Origin: Actinomycetota bacterium
Lineage (GTDB): Bacteria; Actinomycetota; UBA4738; HRBIN12
Assembly (NCBI GenBank): GCA_005884925.1
Contig: VAYU01000023.1
Location: 138,883 to 202,882, forward strand
Direction of reading: 5' to 3'
Length of the DNA stretch: 64,000 nucleotides
Part shown: positions 36,949 to 46,582 of the stretch, one piece after another
Numbering within the stretch: the stretch's first letter is position 1
Layout: each line of letters starts with the position of its first letter
Position numbers and translations under genes: made by a program
Notes under the pieces: generated by a model
Database searches by the model: none
The model's input: only the letters and a program-made list of their open reading frames with translations
Told to the model about the DNA's origin: nothing

Positions 36949-38130
36949 GTGGACATGCCTCGGACGACTCCGGGACGGCTGAGTCGGAGCTCGACTGATC
37001 GCGTGGTGCTCGGCGTCGCCGGCGGGATCGGCGAGCGGATGGGCGTGGATCCGATCGTGGTCAGGCTCGGGTTCGGCCTGCTCGTCCTCGCCGGCGGGAC
37101 GGGGTTCGTCCTGTATCTCGTGGGGATCCTCGTCTCGGTCGACTCGGATCCGGCGCAGCCCGGCCCGGCGTCGCGCCGGGCCGGGCTACGCCCGACGATC
37201 GCGTTCGCCGCGATCCTCGCGGGTGTCCTGTTGATCCTGCGCGATGTCGGCCTGTGGTTCGGCGACGGGGTCGTCTGGCCGATGGCGCTCGGCGCGATCG
37301 GGTCCGCCGTGCTGTGGAGCCGTGCCGACGTCGGACGGTCGCGGCTGGCGTCGTTCGTCGCTCGCGGCCACGGCGCTCCGGTGCGGACGGTTGCGGGCGT
37401 GCTGCTGATCGGGTCGGGCGTGTCCTTGTTCCTCGTGTCCGGTCGGCGATCGGGGTTACTCGCCAACTCGCCGCTCGCGGCCGCCGCCGCGATCGTCGGC
37501 GTCGTCGTGATCGTGGGTCCCTGGGTCGCGCGGCTCGTCCGCCAGTTGGCGGACGAGCGGCGCGAACGGATCCGGTCGCAGGAGCGTGCTGCGATCTCCG
37601 CGCATCTGCACGACTCCGTCCTGCAGACGCTCGCGCTGATACAGCGCTCGGGCGATCCGGGGCGGATGTCCACCCTCGCGCGGACCCAGGAGCGCGAGCT
37701 CCGTTCCTGGCTCTACGGTCGGACGAGATCCACCGATCATCGGAGCGTGTCCGGCGCGATCGATGGCCTGGTTGACCAGATCGAGCGCGAGCACGCGATC
37801 ACGGTCGAGGCGGTGAGCGTCGGCGATGCCCAGATCGACGGCGAGGCGCGCGCCCTGCTCGCGGCGGCTCGGGAGGCGCTCGTGAACGCGGCGCGGCACT
37901 CGGGTGCCTCCACCGCGTCGCTGTTCGTCGAGATCGAGCCGGACCGCATGACGGCCTACGTCCGTGATCAGGGCGGGGGGTTCGATCGCGCTTCCGTCGG
38001 CGCAGATCGGCGCGGCATCGCGGACTCGATCGAAGGACGGATCGAGAGCGTCGGGGGCCGCGCGGTGGTCACGAGCACGCCCGGCGCCGGTACGGAGGTC
38101 CGCCTGAACGTTCCGAGGTCGACCACGTGA
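36949..38130 (+). CDS. sensor histidine kinase with N-terminal PspC domain (HisKA_3 + HATPase_c; LiaS-like)
   Basis: PspC domain (VVLGVAGGIGERMGVDPIVVRLGF), H-box AAISAHLHDSVLQ (HisKA_3), and ATPase N/G boxes (REALVNAARHSGA...DQGGGF...GRAVVTSTPGAGT). Confidence 0.8.
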   Translation: MDMPRTTPGRLSRSSTDRVVLGVAGGIGERMGVDPIVVRLGFGLLVLAGGTGFVLYLVGILVSVDSDPAQPGPASRRAGLRPTIAFAAILAGVLLILRDVGLWFGDGVVWPMALGAIGSAVLWSRADVGRSRLASFVARGHGAPVRTVAGVLLIGSGVSLFLVSGRRSGLLANSPLAAAAAIVGVVVIVGPWVARLVRQLADERRERIRSQERAAISAHLHDSVLQTLALIQRSGDPGRMSTLARTQERELRSWLYGRTRSTDHRSVSGAIDGLVDQIEREHAITVEAVSVGDAQIDGEARALLAAAREALVNAARHSGASTASLFVEIEPDRMTAYVRDQGGGFDRASVGADRRGIADSIEGRIESVGGRAVVTSTPGAGTEVRLNVPRSTT

Positions 38131-38774
38131 GCGACGCGGCCGTCCGAGTGTTCGTGGTCGACGATCATCGGTTGTTCCTGTCCGGCGTCAGGAGCGAACT
38201 CGGTCGGGCCTTCGCGATCGTCGGCGACGCCGAGTCGGTCGACGCAGCGGTCGAAGGGATCGTCAGGACACGACCCGACGTGGTCGTCGTGGATGTTCAC
38301 ATGCCCGACGGTGGGGGCGCGGCAGTGATCGAGGGTGTGCGTGCGGCAGGCGGGAACGCGCGGTTCCTGGCCCTCTCGGTGTCCGATGCCGCGGAGGACG
38401 TGATCGGCGTGATCCGAGCGGGGGCAAGGGGATACGTAACGAAGACGATCGCGCCAGGCGAGCTTGTCAACGCGATCCGGCGGATCCACGATGGCGACGC
38501 CGTGTTCTCGCCGCTCCTCGCGGGGTTCGTGCTCGACGCTTTCGCGGGGTTGCCCCCGCCGGGGGCCCTTGATCCCGACGTCGAGCAACTGACGCCGCGC
38601 GAACGGGAGGTCCTCCGGTTGATCGCCCGCGGATACTCCTATCGAGAGGTCGCCGGCAAGCTGTTCATCTCGATCAAGACCGTCGAGTCCCACGTGTCGT
38701 CCGTGCTGCGGAAGCTCCAGCTGTCGAGCCGGCATGAGCTGTCACGGTGGGCGGCGGACCGCAGGCTCGTCTAG
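38127..38774 (+). CDS. LuxR/NarL-family response regulator
   Basis: REC domain (VFVVDDH...D...VVVVDVHMPDGGG) plus a LuxR HTH (LTPREREVLRLIARGYSYREVAGKLFISIKTVESHVSSVLRKL). GTG start overlaps the kinase stop (GTGA). Confidence 0.85.
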   Translation: MSDAAVRVFVVDDHRLFLSGVRSELGRAFAIVGDAESVDAAVEGIVRTRPDVVVVDVHMPDGGGAAVIEGVRAAGGNARFLALSVSDAAEDVIGVIRAGARGYVTKTIAPGELVNAIRRIHDGDAVFSPLLAGFVLDAFAGLPPPGALDPDVEQLTPREREVLRLIARGYSYREVAGKLFISIKTVESHVSSVLRKLQLSSRHELSRWAADRRLV

Positions 38775-39212
38775 CGACGGATCGGCCGCGGTCCCGGCAA
38801 GCGAGTCCTCTATCCGCGGGCAGCAGACACTCCGCGAACTCGCCTGCCAGGACCGTCACGCGGCCGGCCGCGCCACCCCCCATCCCGGTTGCCTCTCGAC
38901 CCATCCCCGGTCATCCGCTTGCGCGGTGGGACCGGAACGGGTGCCAGACGACGCGACTCCTGGTACCCCCCTCGGTTCGACCGGATCCCTGTCCGGTCGT
39001 CCGATTCGCCCGGCGATCACCGACGACGTCGGTGCCACGGAGGCCACCGGCGCCGCGGCGATCGCCATGCGGGCGGTGGACGATCGGCCGGAGAGGAAGC
39101 CGGTGCGTACCACGTTTCAGGTATCGGTCACCGGGGCTCGCCGCGGCATCGCCCGTTGGTCGGGTTTCGGGCCTCGGCCGTCCGGGGGACACCACCGATA
39201 TGCTCGCCGCCT

Positions 39213-40457
39213 ATGGCCGAGCGGGTGATCGTGGTTCCCGAACGAGTGATCGACACCCAGCGGGGCGAGTCGATGCACGATCGGGCCGTCGTCGTCTCCG
39301 GGGACCGGATCGAAGGGATCATCGCCGCAACGGATGTCCCCGACGGGTCGCGTGTGATCCGCCTGGACGGCACGACGTTGCTGCCCGGTCTGATGGACGC
39401 GCACAGCCATCTGATCGGGATCCAGGACACCGGTCAGGGGTACGCGTCGCTGGTCACCCGTACGGGCGCCCAGGAGGCGCTGACCGGGGTCAAGAACGCC
39501 CGAGATACGTTGCTCGCCGGCTTCACGAGCGTCCGCGACGTCGGAACCTTCCGAGCCTTCGCCGATGTGGCCCTCCGCGACGCGATCGAGGCGGGGTGGG
39601 TCGAGGGGCCTCGGATGCTCTGCGCCGGGGCCTACGTGACCTGTCCGGGCGGCGGCGGCGATCTCACGGGGCTCGCTCCGGACGTCGACGCGGTCGTTCC
39701 GCGGGAGCTCCGGTTCGGCGTGACGAGCGGTGTCGACCAGATGCGGACGAACGTGCGCCAGATCCTCCGGTACGGGGCGGACTTCATCAAGGTGCTCGCG
39801 ACGGGCGCGGTGCTGACGTCCGGGACGAACCCCGGCGTCCCGGAGTTCACGGAGGCCGAGCTCCGAGCTGCCGTCGAGGAGTGCGAGCTCGCGGGGACGT
39901 TCGTCGCCGCACACGCGCACGGTGCGGAAGGGATCAAACGCGCGGTCCGCGCCGGTGTCCGGTCGATCGAACACGGCTCCCTGATAGATGACGAGGCGAT
40001 CGAGCTGATGGCGGAGCATGGGACCTATCTGGTCGCCGACATGTACGACGGCGACTACATGCTGGAGGAGGGCCCGGCCCTCGGCTACACCGAGGAGGTG
40101 CTGGCCAAGACGCGCCTCACCAACGAGGCCCAGCGCGAGGGGTTCACGAAGTGCGTGAAGGCCGGCGTCCGCATCGCGAACGGGACCGATTCGGGCATCG
40201 CACCGCACGGCTGGAACGCGCGGAACCTGGGCTTCTACGTCCGGTTCGGTCTGACGCCGATGCAGGCGATCCAGAGCGCGACCCGCTGGACGGCGGAGCT
40301 GATGCGATGGGAGGGCCGCGTCGGCACGATCGCGCCGGGTCTCTACGCGGACCTGATCGCGGTTCCGGGCGATCCGACGGACGACGTCACGTTGCTCCAG
40401 GACGTCCCGTTCGTGATGAAGGGTGGCCAGATCGTGAAGGGGGTTGGTGCACCGTGA
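39213..40457 (+). CDS. amidohydrolase-family metal-dependent hydrolase (imidazolonepropionase/Xaa-Pro-dipeptidase-like)
   Basis: HxH-type metal site (LLPGLMDAHSHL), downstream ...AAHAHG... and ...GTD. Start taken as ATG 39213 (MAERVIVVPERVID). The 108 upstream codons of the track ORF are Arg/Gly junk. Confidence 0.7.
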   Translation: MAERVIVVPERVIDTQRGESMHDRAVVVSGDRIEGIIAATDVPDGSRVIRLDGTTLLPGLMDAHSHLIGIQDTGQGYASLVTRTGAQEALTGVKNARDTLLAGFTSVRDVGTFRAFADVALRDAIEAGWVEGPRMLCAGAYVTCPGGGGDLTGLAPDVDAVVPRELRFGVTSGVDQMRTNVRQILRYGADFIKVLATGAVLTSGTNPGVPEFTEAELRAAVEECELAGTFVAAHAHGAEGIKRAVRAGVRSIEHGSLIDDEAIELMAEHGTYLVADMYDGDYMLEEGPALGYTEEVLAKTRLTNEAQREGFTKCVKAGVRIANGTDSGIAPHGWNARNLGFYVRFGLTPMQAIQSATRWTAELMRWEGRVGTIAPGLYADLIAVPGDPTDDVTLLQDVPFVMKGGQIVKGVGAP

Positions 40458-41770
40458 CGCTGTCCGGTGAGGAGATCATCGAGCTCTCCCGGCGCTACAC
40501 GCTCTTCGATTGGTCCGCGCAGTCGAAGCTCGCGCCGATGGCGGTGGACCGCGCGGAGGGCGTGCACTTCACCACGACCGACGGGACCCGCTACCTGGAT
40601 TTCAACAGCCAGTTGATGGGCGTGAACATCGGCCACGGCGACAAGCGCGTGATCGACGCGATCGCGAAGCAGGGGGAGAAGCTCCCGTACATCACCCCGT
40701 TCGCCGCACACGAGACACGCGCGCTCCTCGGGCAGAAGCTGGCGACGCTCTGGCCGGGCGACCTGGAGAAGACCTTCTTCACGCTGGGCGGCGCGGAGGC
40801 GAACGAGAACGCGATCCGGATGGCGAAGGCGTTCACCGGTCGCAGCAAGGTGATGGTCCGATATCGCTCGTACCACGGCGCCACCTACCTCACCGCCAAC
40901 CTCACCGGCGACCCTCGCCGCTGGGCGAACGAGCAACCCCCGGTGCCAGGGATCGTCCGTGTCCTCGACCCTTACCACGGCCCGGATCGACCGCAGGAAA
41001 CTGCTGACGAGGCGCTCGACCGGCTCGAGGAACAGATCGTTTTGGAGGGGCCATCCACGATCGCGGCCTTCATCCTGGAACCGGTCACCGGGACGAACGG
41101 AGTGCTGATCCCCCCGGACGGGTACCTGCAGGGGATCCGCGAGCTCTGCACACGCTACGGCATCGTGATGATCGCCGACGAGGTGATGTCCGGGTTCGGT
41201 CGAACGGGGAAGTGGTTCGCCGTGGACCATTGGAACGTGGTGCCGGATCTGATGACGGCGGCGAAGGGTCTCACGTCGTCCTACCTTCCCCTCGGCGGGG
41301 TCGCGATCTCACCGGCGATCGCGGAGCACTTCGAGGAGAACGTCTTCTTCGGTGGCCTCACGTACAACTCGCACCCCCTGTCGTGCGCCGCGGCCCTGGC
41401 GGCGGTCGACGTGTTGGAGCAGGACGACCTGATCGAGAACGCCGAGCGTCTGGAGCCGGTCATGCGCGCGCACCACGAAGAGCTCGCGGCGAAGCACCCG
41501 AGCGTGGGGTTGCATCGGAACATCGGGTTGTTCGGGATCCTCGAGCTCGTCAAGGATCGAGGAACGATGGAGGCGCTCTCGCCCTACAACGTCACGAACG
41601 AGGTGATGGTCGCGGTCAACCGCGCGCTCCTCGATCGCGGCCTGTTCACGATGGTCCGGTGGAACGGCATCATGACGAACCCGCCGCTCTGCATCAGCGA
41701 GGAGCAGTTGCAGGATGGTTTCGCGATCATCGACGAAGCGCTGGCGGTCGCCGACGCCGTCACCGCGTAG
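40454..41770 (+). CDS. class-III (omega) aminotransferase, PLP-dependent
   Basis: A GTG start overlaps the amidohydrolase stop (GTGA). ...DGTRYLDFNSQLMGVNIGHGDKRV...LGGAEANENAIRMA...ADEVMSGFGRTGKWFA...AAKGLTSSYLPLG. Confidence 0.8.
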   Translation: MTLSGEEIIELSRRYTLFDWSAQSKLAPMAVDRAEGVHFTTTDGTRYLDFNSQLMGVNIGHGDKRVIDAIAKQGEKLPYITPFAAHETRALLGQKLATLWPGDLEKTFFTLGGAEANENAIRMAKAFTGRSKVMVRYRSYHGATYLTANLTGDPRRWANEQPPVPGIVRVLDPYHGPDRPQETADEALDRLEEQIVLEGPSTIAAFILEPVTGTNGVLIPPDGYLQGIRELCTRYGIVMIADEVMSGFGRTGKWFAVDHWNVVPDLMTAAKGLTSSYLPLGGVAISPAIAEHFEENVFFGGLTYNSHPLSCAAALAAVDVLEQDDLIENAERLEPVMRAHHEELAAKHPSVGLHRNIGLFGILELVKDRGTMEALSPYNVTNEVMVAVNRALLDRGLFTMVRWNGIMTNPPLCISEEQLQDGFAIIDEALAVADAVTA

Positions 41771-42095
41771 CCGGCTCCTCGGCCCAGCGCTCCGCCCACT
41801 CCGCCAGCTCGCCGATCACGCCGGCGAGGTCTTCCCCCTTCGCGGTGAGCCCGTAGGCGATGCGCACCGGGGTGGATGGTGTCACCTCGCGCCGGACGAT
41901 GCCGAGCGACTCGAGCTCCTTCAGCCGGTCCGAAAGGAGCGCGTCCGAGATGGGCGCCACACCTTCCTTCAGGTCCGTGTACCGAGTCACACCGCTGAGC
42001 AGCCCCCGAAGGATCTGTGGCGTCCAGCGCTTCCCGAGCATGTCGGCCGCCACCCGGTAATGGCGGCAGACGGGGCTCTCTTCCTCAAGGCTCAT
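41760..42095 (-). CDS. HxlR-family winged-helix transcriptional regulator
   Basis: 111 aa: CRHYRVAADMLGKRWTPQILRGLLSGVTRYTDLKEGVAPISDALLSDRLKELESLGIV. Confidence 0.8.
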   Translation of the reverse strand: MSLEEESPVCRHYRVAADMLGKRWTPQILRGLLSGVTRYTDLKEGVAPISDALLSDRLKELESLGIVRREVTPSTPVRIAYGLTAKGEDLAGVIGELAEWAERWAEEPATR

Positions 42096-42269
42096 GGCGT
42101 TCCTTCGCTCGTGCTCGTTCCGCAGGATGCTATCGGTTCAACGCTCGGTATCGGGAAGGGGATTCCGAAACCTAAGAAACTCTGGAATACCGAGTACCTT
42201 CGGGATCGTTACCGGTCGTATCGGGCGCCGCAGGAGGCGGAAGCCCAGCGAGACGAAGGGGGAAGACCG

Positions 42270-42839
42270 ATGGCCACCACCGAGACGAAGACCGTCAACG
42301 GGATCAGCATCCCGCCCGCGGGACGATGGGAGTTCGATAGAGCGCACACGGCGTTCTCGTTCGTTGCGCGGCACATGCTTTCGAAGGTGCGGGGCCAGTT
42401 CCCCGAGTACGACGGCTCGGTGGAGATCGCCGAGAAGCCAGAGGACTCGAAGATCGTCGTGGAGCTGAACACGGCCGCGGTCACCACCGGGAACGAGATG
42501 CGCGACGGTCACCTCAACAGCGGGGACTTCTTCCTGACGGAGCGGTACCCAACCATCCGCTTCGAGTCGACCGGGATCCGGATCGGCGAGGGAAACGAGT
42601 TCGAGATCGACGGCAACCTGACGATCAAGGACATCACGAAGCCCGTCACGTTCAGGGCGGAGTTCCTGGGCTGGGGCCCGGGCATGGGCGAGACGACGAT
42701 GGCCGCGTTCTCGGCGAAGACCACGGTCGAGCGGGCCGACTGGGACCTCACGTGGAACATGTCGGTGGAGACCGGTGGTCTGCTGGTCGGCAAGAAGGTC
42801 GACCTGGAGATCGATGCGGAGATCCTGAAGGCCGAGTGA
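42270..42839 (+). CDS. YceI-family (polyisoprenoid-binding) protein
   Basis: Start ATG 42270, with a GAAGGGGGAAG SD. ...WEFDRAHTAFSFVARHMLSKVRGQF...FESTGI...EIDGNLTIKDITKPV. The upstream 185 codons of the track ORF are junk. Confidence 0.8.
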   Translation: MATTETKTVNGISIPPAGRWEFDRAHTAFSFVARHMLSKVRGQFPEYDGSVEIAEKPEDSKIVVELNTAAVTTGNEMRDGHLNSGDFFLTERYPTIRFESTGIRIGEGNEFEIDGNLTIKDITKPVTFRAEFLGWGPGMGETTMAAFSAKTTVERADWDLTWNMSVETGGLLVGKKVDLEIDAEILKAE

Positions 42840-42842
42840 CCG

Positions 42843-43994
42843 TCAGGTCGTCGGTTCCAGCCCGAGGTCGCGCGAGAGCACGAGCCTGAGGATCTCGCTC
42901 GTGCCCTCGCCGATCTCGAGGACCTTGGCGTCGCGGTAGTAACGAGATACCGGGAACTCCTCGGTGTAGCCGTAGCCGCCGTGGATCTGGACGGCCTCGC
43001 GCGCACAGACGTTGGCGACGTCGCTCGCCCGGAGCTTCGCGGTGGCGGCGGCCGCCCCGTAGTCGCGACCCTCGTCCTTCAGCCAGGCGGCGTTCCACGT
43101 AAGGAGACGAGCGGACTCGATCGCGACCCGCATGTCGGCCAGCTTGAACGCGATCGCCTCGTACGCGCCGATCGGGCGGCCGAAGGCGTCCCGATCGCGC
43201 GCGTACATGAGGCTCGCGTCCAGACACGCTTGCGCGAGGCCCACCGAGATCGCGGCGATCGCGATCCGGCCGTCGTCGAGGGAACCGAGGCACTGGCGGA
43301 GCCCGCGGCCCCGCTCGCCGAGCAGGTGATCGTCCGGAACCCGACATCCTTGGAAGACGACCTCGTGCGTGTCCGTCGAGCGCCAGCCCATCTTCCGGTA
43401 CTCGGATCCGATGACGAGACCATCCGCATCGGCGGGAACGATGATCGTCGAAACGTCGTGGGGCGGCTCATCGGTGCGGCAGGCGACCACGAGGAACCCG
43501 GTGATCGGCGTGCCGCTGTTGGTGATGAAGGACTTCGAGCCGTCGATCGTCCAGGTGCCGTCCGCGAGGCGCGCGGTGGTGCGGAGGGCCTTGATGTCCG
43601 ATCCGCCGCTCGGCTCGGTGAGCGCGAACCCCGCGAGCATCCCGCCGGTGGCGATGTGCGGGAGCCACCGCTCCTTCTGCGCAGGCGTCCCGAAGCGCGT
43701 CACCATGCCGCCGGCCAGACCCGATGCGACCGATAGCGTGACCGCGACGCTCGAGTCGACCCGCCCCAGCTCTTCCATCACCAACGCCCACGTCACGGCG
43801 TCGGCGCCGAGCCCGCCGTACTCCTGCGGGACCGGGAGCCCGAAGAGCCCGAGGGCCCCCATCTTCTTCACGATCTCGATCGGGAAGGCCTCGCTCTGAT
43901 CCCGCTCGGCGGCGCCCGGCGCGACCTCCTTCTCGGCGAACTCGCGGACGAGCGTTCGAAGCTGTTGTTGCTCCTCGGTCAGGTCGAAGTTCAT
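42843..43994 (-). CDS. acyl-CoA dehydrogenase
   Basis: Start ATG 43994 (MNFDLTEEQQQLRTLVREFAEKEVAP). ...GSKSFITNS..., C-terminal ...YGGYGYTEEFPVSRYYRDAKVLEIGEGTSEI. The upstream 195 codons of the track ORF are Arg-rich junk. Confidence 0.85.
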   Translation of the reverse strand: MNFDLTEEQQQLRTLVREFAEKEVAPGAAERDQSEAFPIEIVKKMGALGLFGLPVPQEYGGLGADAVTWALVMEELGRVDSSVAVTLSVASGLAGGMVTRFGTPAQKERWLPHIATGGMLAGFALTEPSGGSDIKALRTTARLADGTWTIDGSKSFITNSGTPITGFLVVACRTDEPPHDVSTIIVPADADGLVIGSEYRKMGWRSTDTHEVVFQGCRVPDDHLLGERGRGLRQCLGSLDDGRIAIAAISVGLAQACLDASLMYARDRDAFGRPIGAYEAIAFKLADMRVAIESARLLTWNAAWLKDEGRDYGAAAATAKLRASDVANVCAREAVQIHGGYGYTEEFPVSRYYRDAKVLEIGEGTSEILRLVLSRDLGLEPTT

Positions 43995-44416
43995 ACCGGC
44001 TCGAACCCTTCGAGATCGAGGATCGACGCCGTGCGGTCCGGCCGGAGGACGGCCCGGACGCGACCCCCGATGTCGGCCGTTCCGAGGAGCCTGTGCAACA
44101 AGACGGTGTCGGCGCCGTCGAGCCGGACGAGCGCGAACGTGAGGGGCGGATCGAGCGGCGTACCGTCGATGTCCCGACGTGCGACGGTCCACGACTCGAC
44201 GGTTCCCTCGGGACCGCATTCCGTGTCGGGAACGAGCCTGGCGAGGCAGCGTTCGCAGAAGATCCGTGCCGGCAGGTACGTGACGCCGCAATCGGCGCAC
44301 CGCGAACCGAGGAACGTTCCGCGGTCGCGGAGCGCCTCGAAGAACGCCGTGTTGCCCACCCCGGGCGTGTAGCGGAACGCCACCGGGAGCTCTCCTTCGA
44401 TCCGGCGGACGGTCAC
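43991..44416 (-). CDS. DUF35-type Zn-ribbon + OB-fold protein (thiolase/Ltp2 partner family)
   Basis: 141 aa, CxxC...CxxC (CADCGVTYLPARIFCERC) followed by an OB fold. GTG start overlaps the upstream stop (GTGA). Its stop overlaps the ACAD ATG (ATGA). Confidence 0.7.
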   Translation of the reverse strand: MTVRRIEGELPVAFRYTPGVGNTAFFEALRDRGTFLGSRCADCGVTYLPARIFCERCLARLVPDTECGPEGTVESWTVARRDIDGTPLDPPLTFALVRLDGADTVLLHRLLGTADIGGRVRAVLRPDRTASILDLEGFEPV

Positions 44417-46212
44417 GGCATGTACTCCGCGGTCGCGGCGGCGACGAGCTCACGCCGAAGCGTCCGCTCGCGCGGCCGGAAATACGCGATATCGAGGATC
44501 GAGCCGGTCCGATCTTCGAGGGGACGCCATACGGCCTCGACCGCCAGCCCGATCCGCACGTCGTCCGGCGCGACCTCACCGAGCTTGTGGAGGAAGCCGC
44601 CGTCGCTCGACCCGTCGATCCTGATCACCGCCGGGAGCTCCGGCTCCTCGAGCGGGCGCATGTCCCACGTCACGTGGCAGATCGAGAACGTCTCGACCGT
44701 GCCGATGGCGGCCAGCTCCATCCACGCATCCGTGGATCGGAAGCAGCGTTCGCAGAACGACCGGGGTGGGACCAGGGTCCGTCCGCACGACGCGCAGGTG
44801 GTGGCCAGGATCCTCCCGTCGCGGAGCCCGTCGAGGAAGGCACCGACCGCATCGCCGGGATCCCAAGCATAGCGAACGTCGAGCGGCGAGTCGACGGCAC
44901 CTGCAGCGCTCCGGAACCGCGCATCCGAGAGCGACGTGGGCCCGAGCATCGCGGCGGGCTGCGTCGCTTGGCCGGAGGGGTCCGGGCGAAGCGGGGAAGG
45001 GTGGGGCATGGCCGCGAGCCCGGATCCCCGAAGGCCACCAGCTCGATCGCTCCCCATCACGACCACGGTGCCGACCTGCATCAGGTCGCCCCACGCCTGC
45101 GCCACGCCGCGCTCCGGCGTCCCGGGGACCTGTCGTGCTCCGGCTTCGCCGCGGAGCTGCCAGAAGAGCTCGGCGATCTTCATGAGCCCGGCCGCGGCGA
45201 TCGGGTTGCCCACCCCCAGCAGGCCCCCGCTCGGACAACACGGGAGATCGCCGTCGCGGGCGGTGACGCCGGCGGCGGCCGCTTCCGGAGCCGTCCCCTT
45301 GTCGAACAAGAGGAGCCCTTCCAGGTGGTGGAGCTCCTTGTAGTCGAACGGGTCGTAGGGCTCGGCGATGTGGATCTGCTTGCGCGGTTCGGTGATGCCG
45401 GCCATCCCGTAGGCCATCCGAGCCGCGTTCTCGACGTATTCCGGGTAGGACAGGTCCCGGTTCGTCCAGTAGGTGGAATCGAGGTTCCAGCCGACCCCGT
45501 CGACCCACACGGGAGCATCGGTGAGCCGCCGGGCCGCGTCCTCGGAGGCCATGATGATCGCGACCGCTCCGTCGCTGATCGGGGAGACGTCCAGCCGCTG
45601 CACCGGCCACGCCAACACCTCGGACGCGAGCACGTCGTCGACCGAGATGTCGGCCTGTCCGAGGAGCGCGGCCGGGTGATCAGCGGCGTTGCGCTTGTTC
45701 TTGACCGCGACGGCGGCGATGTCGCGCTTCTCCAGCCCGTAGCGTTGCATGTACCGGTTCATCTCCAGCGCGAAGATCCACAGGAGGTTCGGTCCCAGCG
45801 GTCGTTCCAGGATGTTGTCGAAGATCGTGAGGAATGCGCCCTGCGGATGCGGCTGGCACGACGACATCTTCTCCTCGGCCACGCAGAGCACCACGTCCGC
45901 CTGCCCCGACGCGACGGTGTACCAACCCTGGATCGCGGTGAACACGCCGCTTCCGCCGCCGACGTACGTGCGGATGAAGGGCTTGTTCCATCCGCCGGCG
46001 CCGTCCGCCAGGTAGTCGCCCTTGCGATGGACCCCGTCGAAGGCATCGGGGGCGCTCGTGAGGCAGACCGCGCCGACCTGATCGAGGGTCATCTCCGCGG
46101 CGTCGAGCGCTGCCCGCGATGCCTGGAAGGCGAGCTCCTTGCCGGTCTCCTGCGCGCGACGGACGAAGCGCGTCATCCCGGCGCCCACGACCGCGACCCG
46201 ACGCCCGTTCAT
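44413..46212 (-). CDS. fusion: SCP-x/Ltp-type thiolase-like domain + C-terminal DUF35 (Zn-ribbon/OB-fold) domain
   Basis: 599 aa. The N-terminal 400 aa have a thiolase fold (RVAVVGAGMTRF...CPSGGLLGVGNPIAAAGL), a Pro/Ser linker, then CASCGRTLVPPRSFCERC plus an OB fold. No Cys is evident at the expected nucleophile position (TYVGGGSGV). Confidence 0.75.
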   Translation of the reverse strand: MNGRRVAVVGAGMTRFVRRAQETGKELAFQASRAALDAAEMTLDQVGAVCLTSAPDAFDGVHRKGDYLADGAGGWNKPFIRTYVGGGSGVFTAIQGWYTVASGQADVVLCVAEEKMSSCQPHPQGAFLTIFDNILERPLGPNLLWIFALEMNRYMQRYGLEKRDIAAVAVKNKRNAADHPAALLGQADISVDDVLASEVLAWPVQRLDVSPISDGAVAIIMASEDAARRLTDAPVWVDGVGWNLDSTYWTNRDLSYPEYVENAARMAYGMAGITEPRKQIHIAEPYDPFDYKELHHLEGLLLFDKGTAPEAAAAGVTARDGDLPCCPSGGLLGVGNPIAAAGLMKIAELFWQLRGEAGARQVPGTPERGVAQAWGDLMQVGTVVVMGSDRAGGLRGSGLAAMPHPSPLRPDPSGQATQPAAMLGPTSLSDARFRSAAGAVDSPLDVRYAWDPGDAVGAFLDGLRDGRILATTCASCGRTLVPPRSFCERCFRSTDAWMELAAIGTVETFSICHVTWDMRPLEEPELPAVIRIDGSSDGGFLHKLGEVAPDDVRIGLAVEAVWRPLEDRTGSILDIAYFRPRERTLRRELVAAATAEYMP

Positions 46213-46577
46213 CCCTGGGCCTCGTTGGACTCGTCCGCTTCGAAGTAGGCGAGCACGTTGCCATCGGGGTCTGTAAAGGTCGCGAAGCGCTGCCTGCCGT
46301 CCTCGCCACCGCCTTCGTGGTCGATCGCGACGCCCCTCGCTTTCAGCCCGGTCACCGCGGCATCGAGGTCGTCGACCGTGAAGCCGATCGTGCCGCCGGG
46401 CTCCATCGGTTCTCCGGGTCGAACGCCGTGCAGCCCGAGCGGGATCGTGCCGGTCTGGAACTGCGCCCAGTCGTTCCCCGACCGGAAGTGCAGCCGCAGG
46501 CCGAGCGTGGTCTCGTAGAACGTCACCGCGCGGTCCATGTCCTGGACGAAGAGGTAGACGAGGTCGATCGGGGGCAT
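46209..46577 (-). CDS. VOC-family protein (glyoxalase/bleomycin-resistance/dioxygenase fold)
   Basis: 122 aa, paired beta-alpha-beta-beta-beta modules (LVYLFVQDMDRAVTFYETTLGL...; FTVDDLDAAVTGLKARGV). Confidence 0.7.
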   Translation of the reverse strand: MPPIDLVYLFVQDMDRAVTFYETTLGLRLHFRSGNDWAQFQTGTIPLGLHGVRPGEPMEPGGTIGFTVDDLDAAVTGLKARGVAIDHEGGGEDGRQRFATFTDPDGNVLAYFEADESNEAQG

Positions 46578-46582
46578 CGCGC

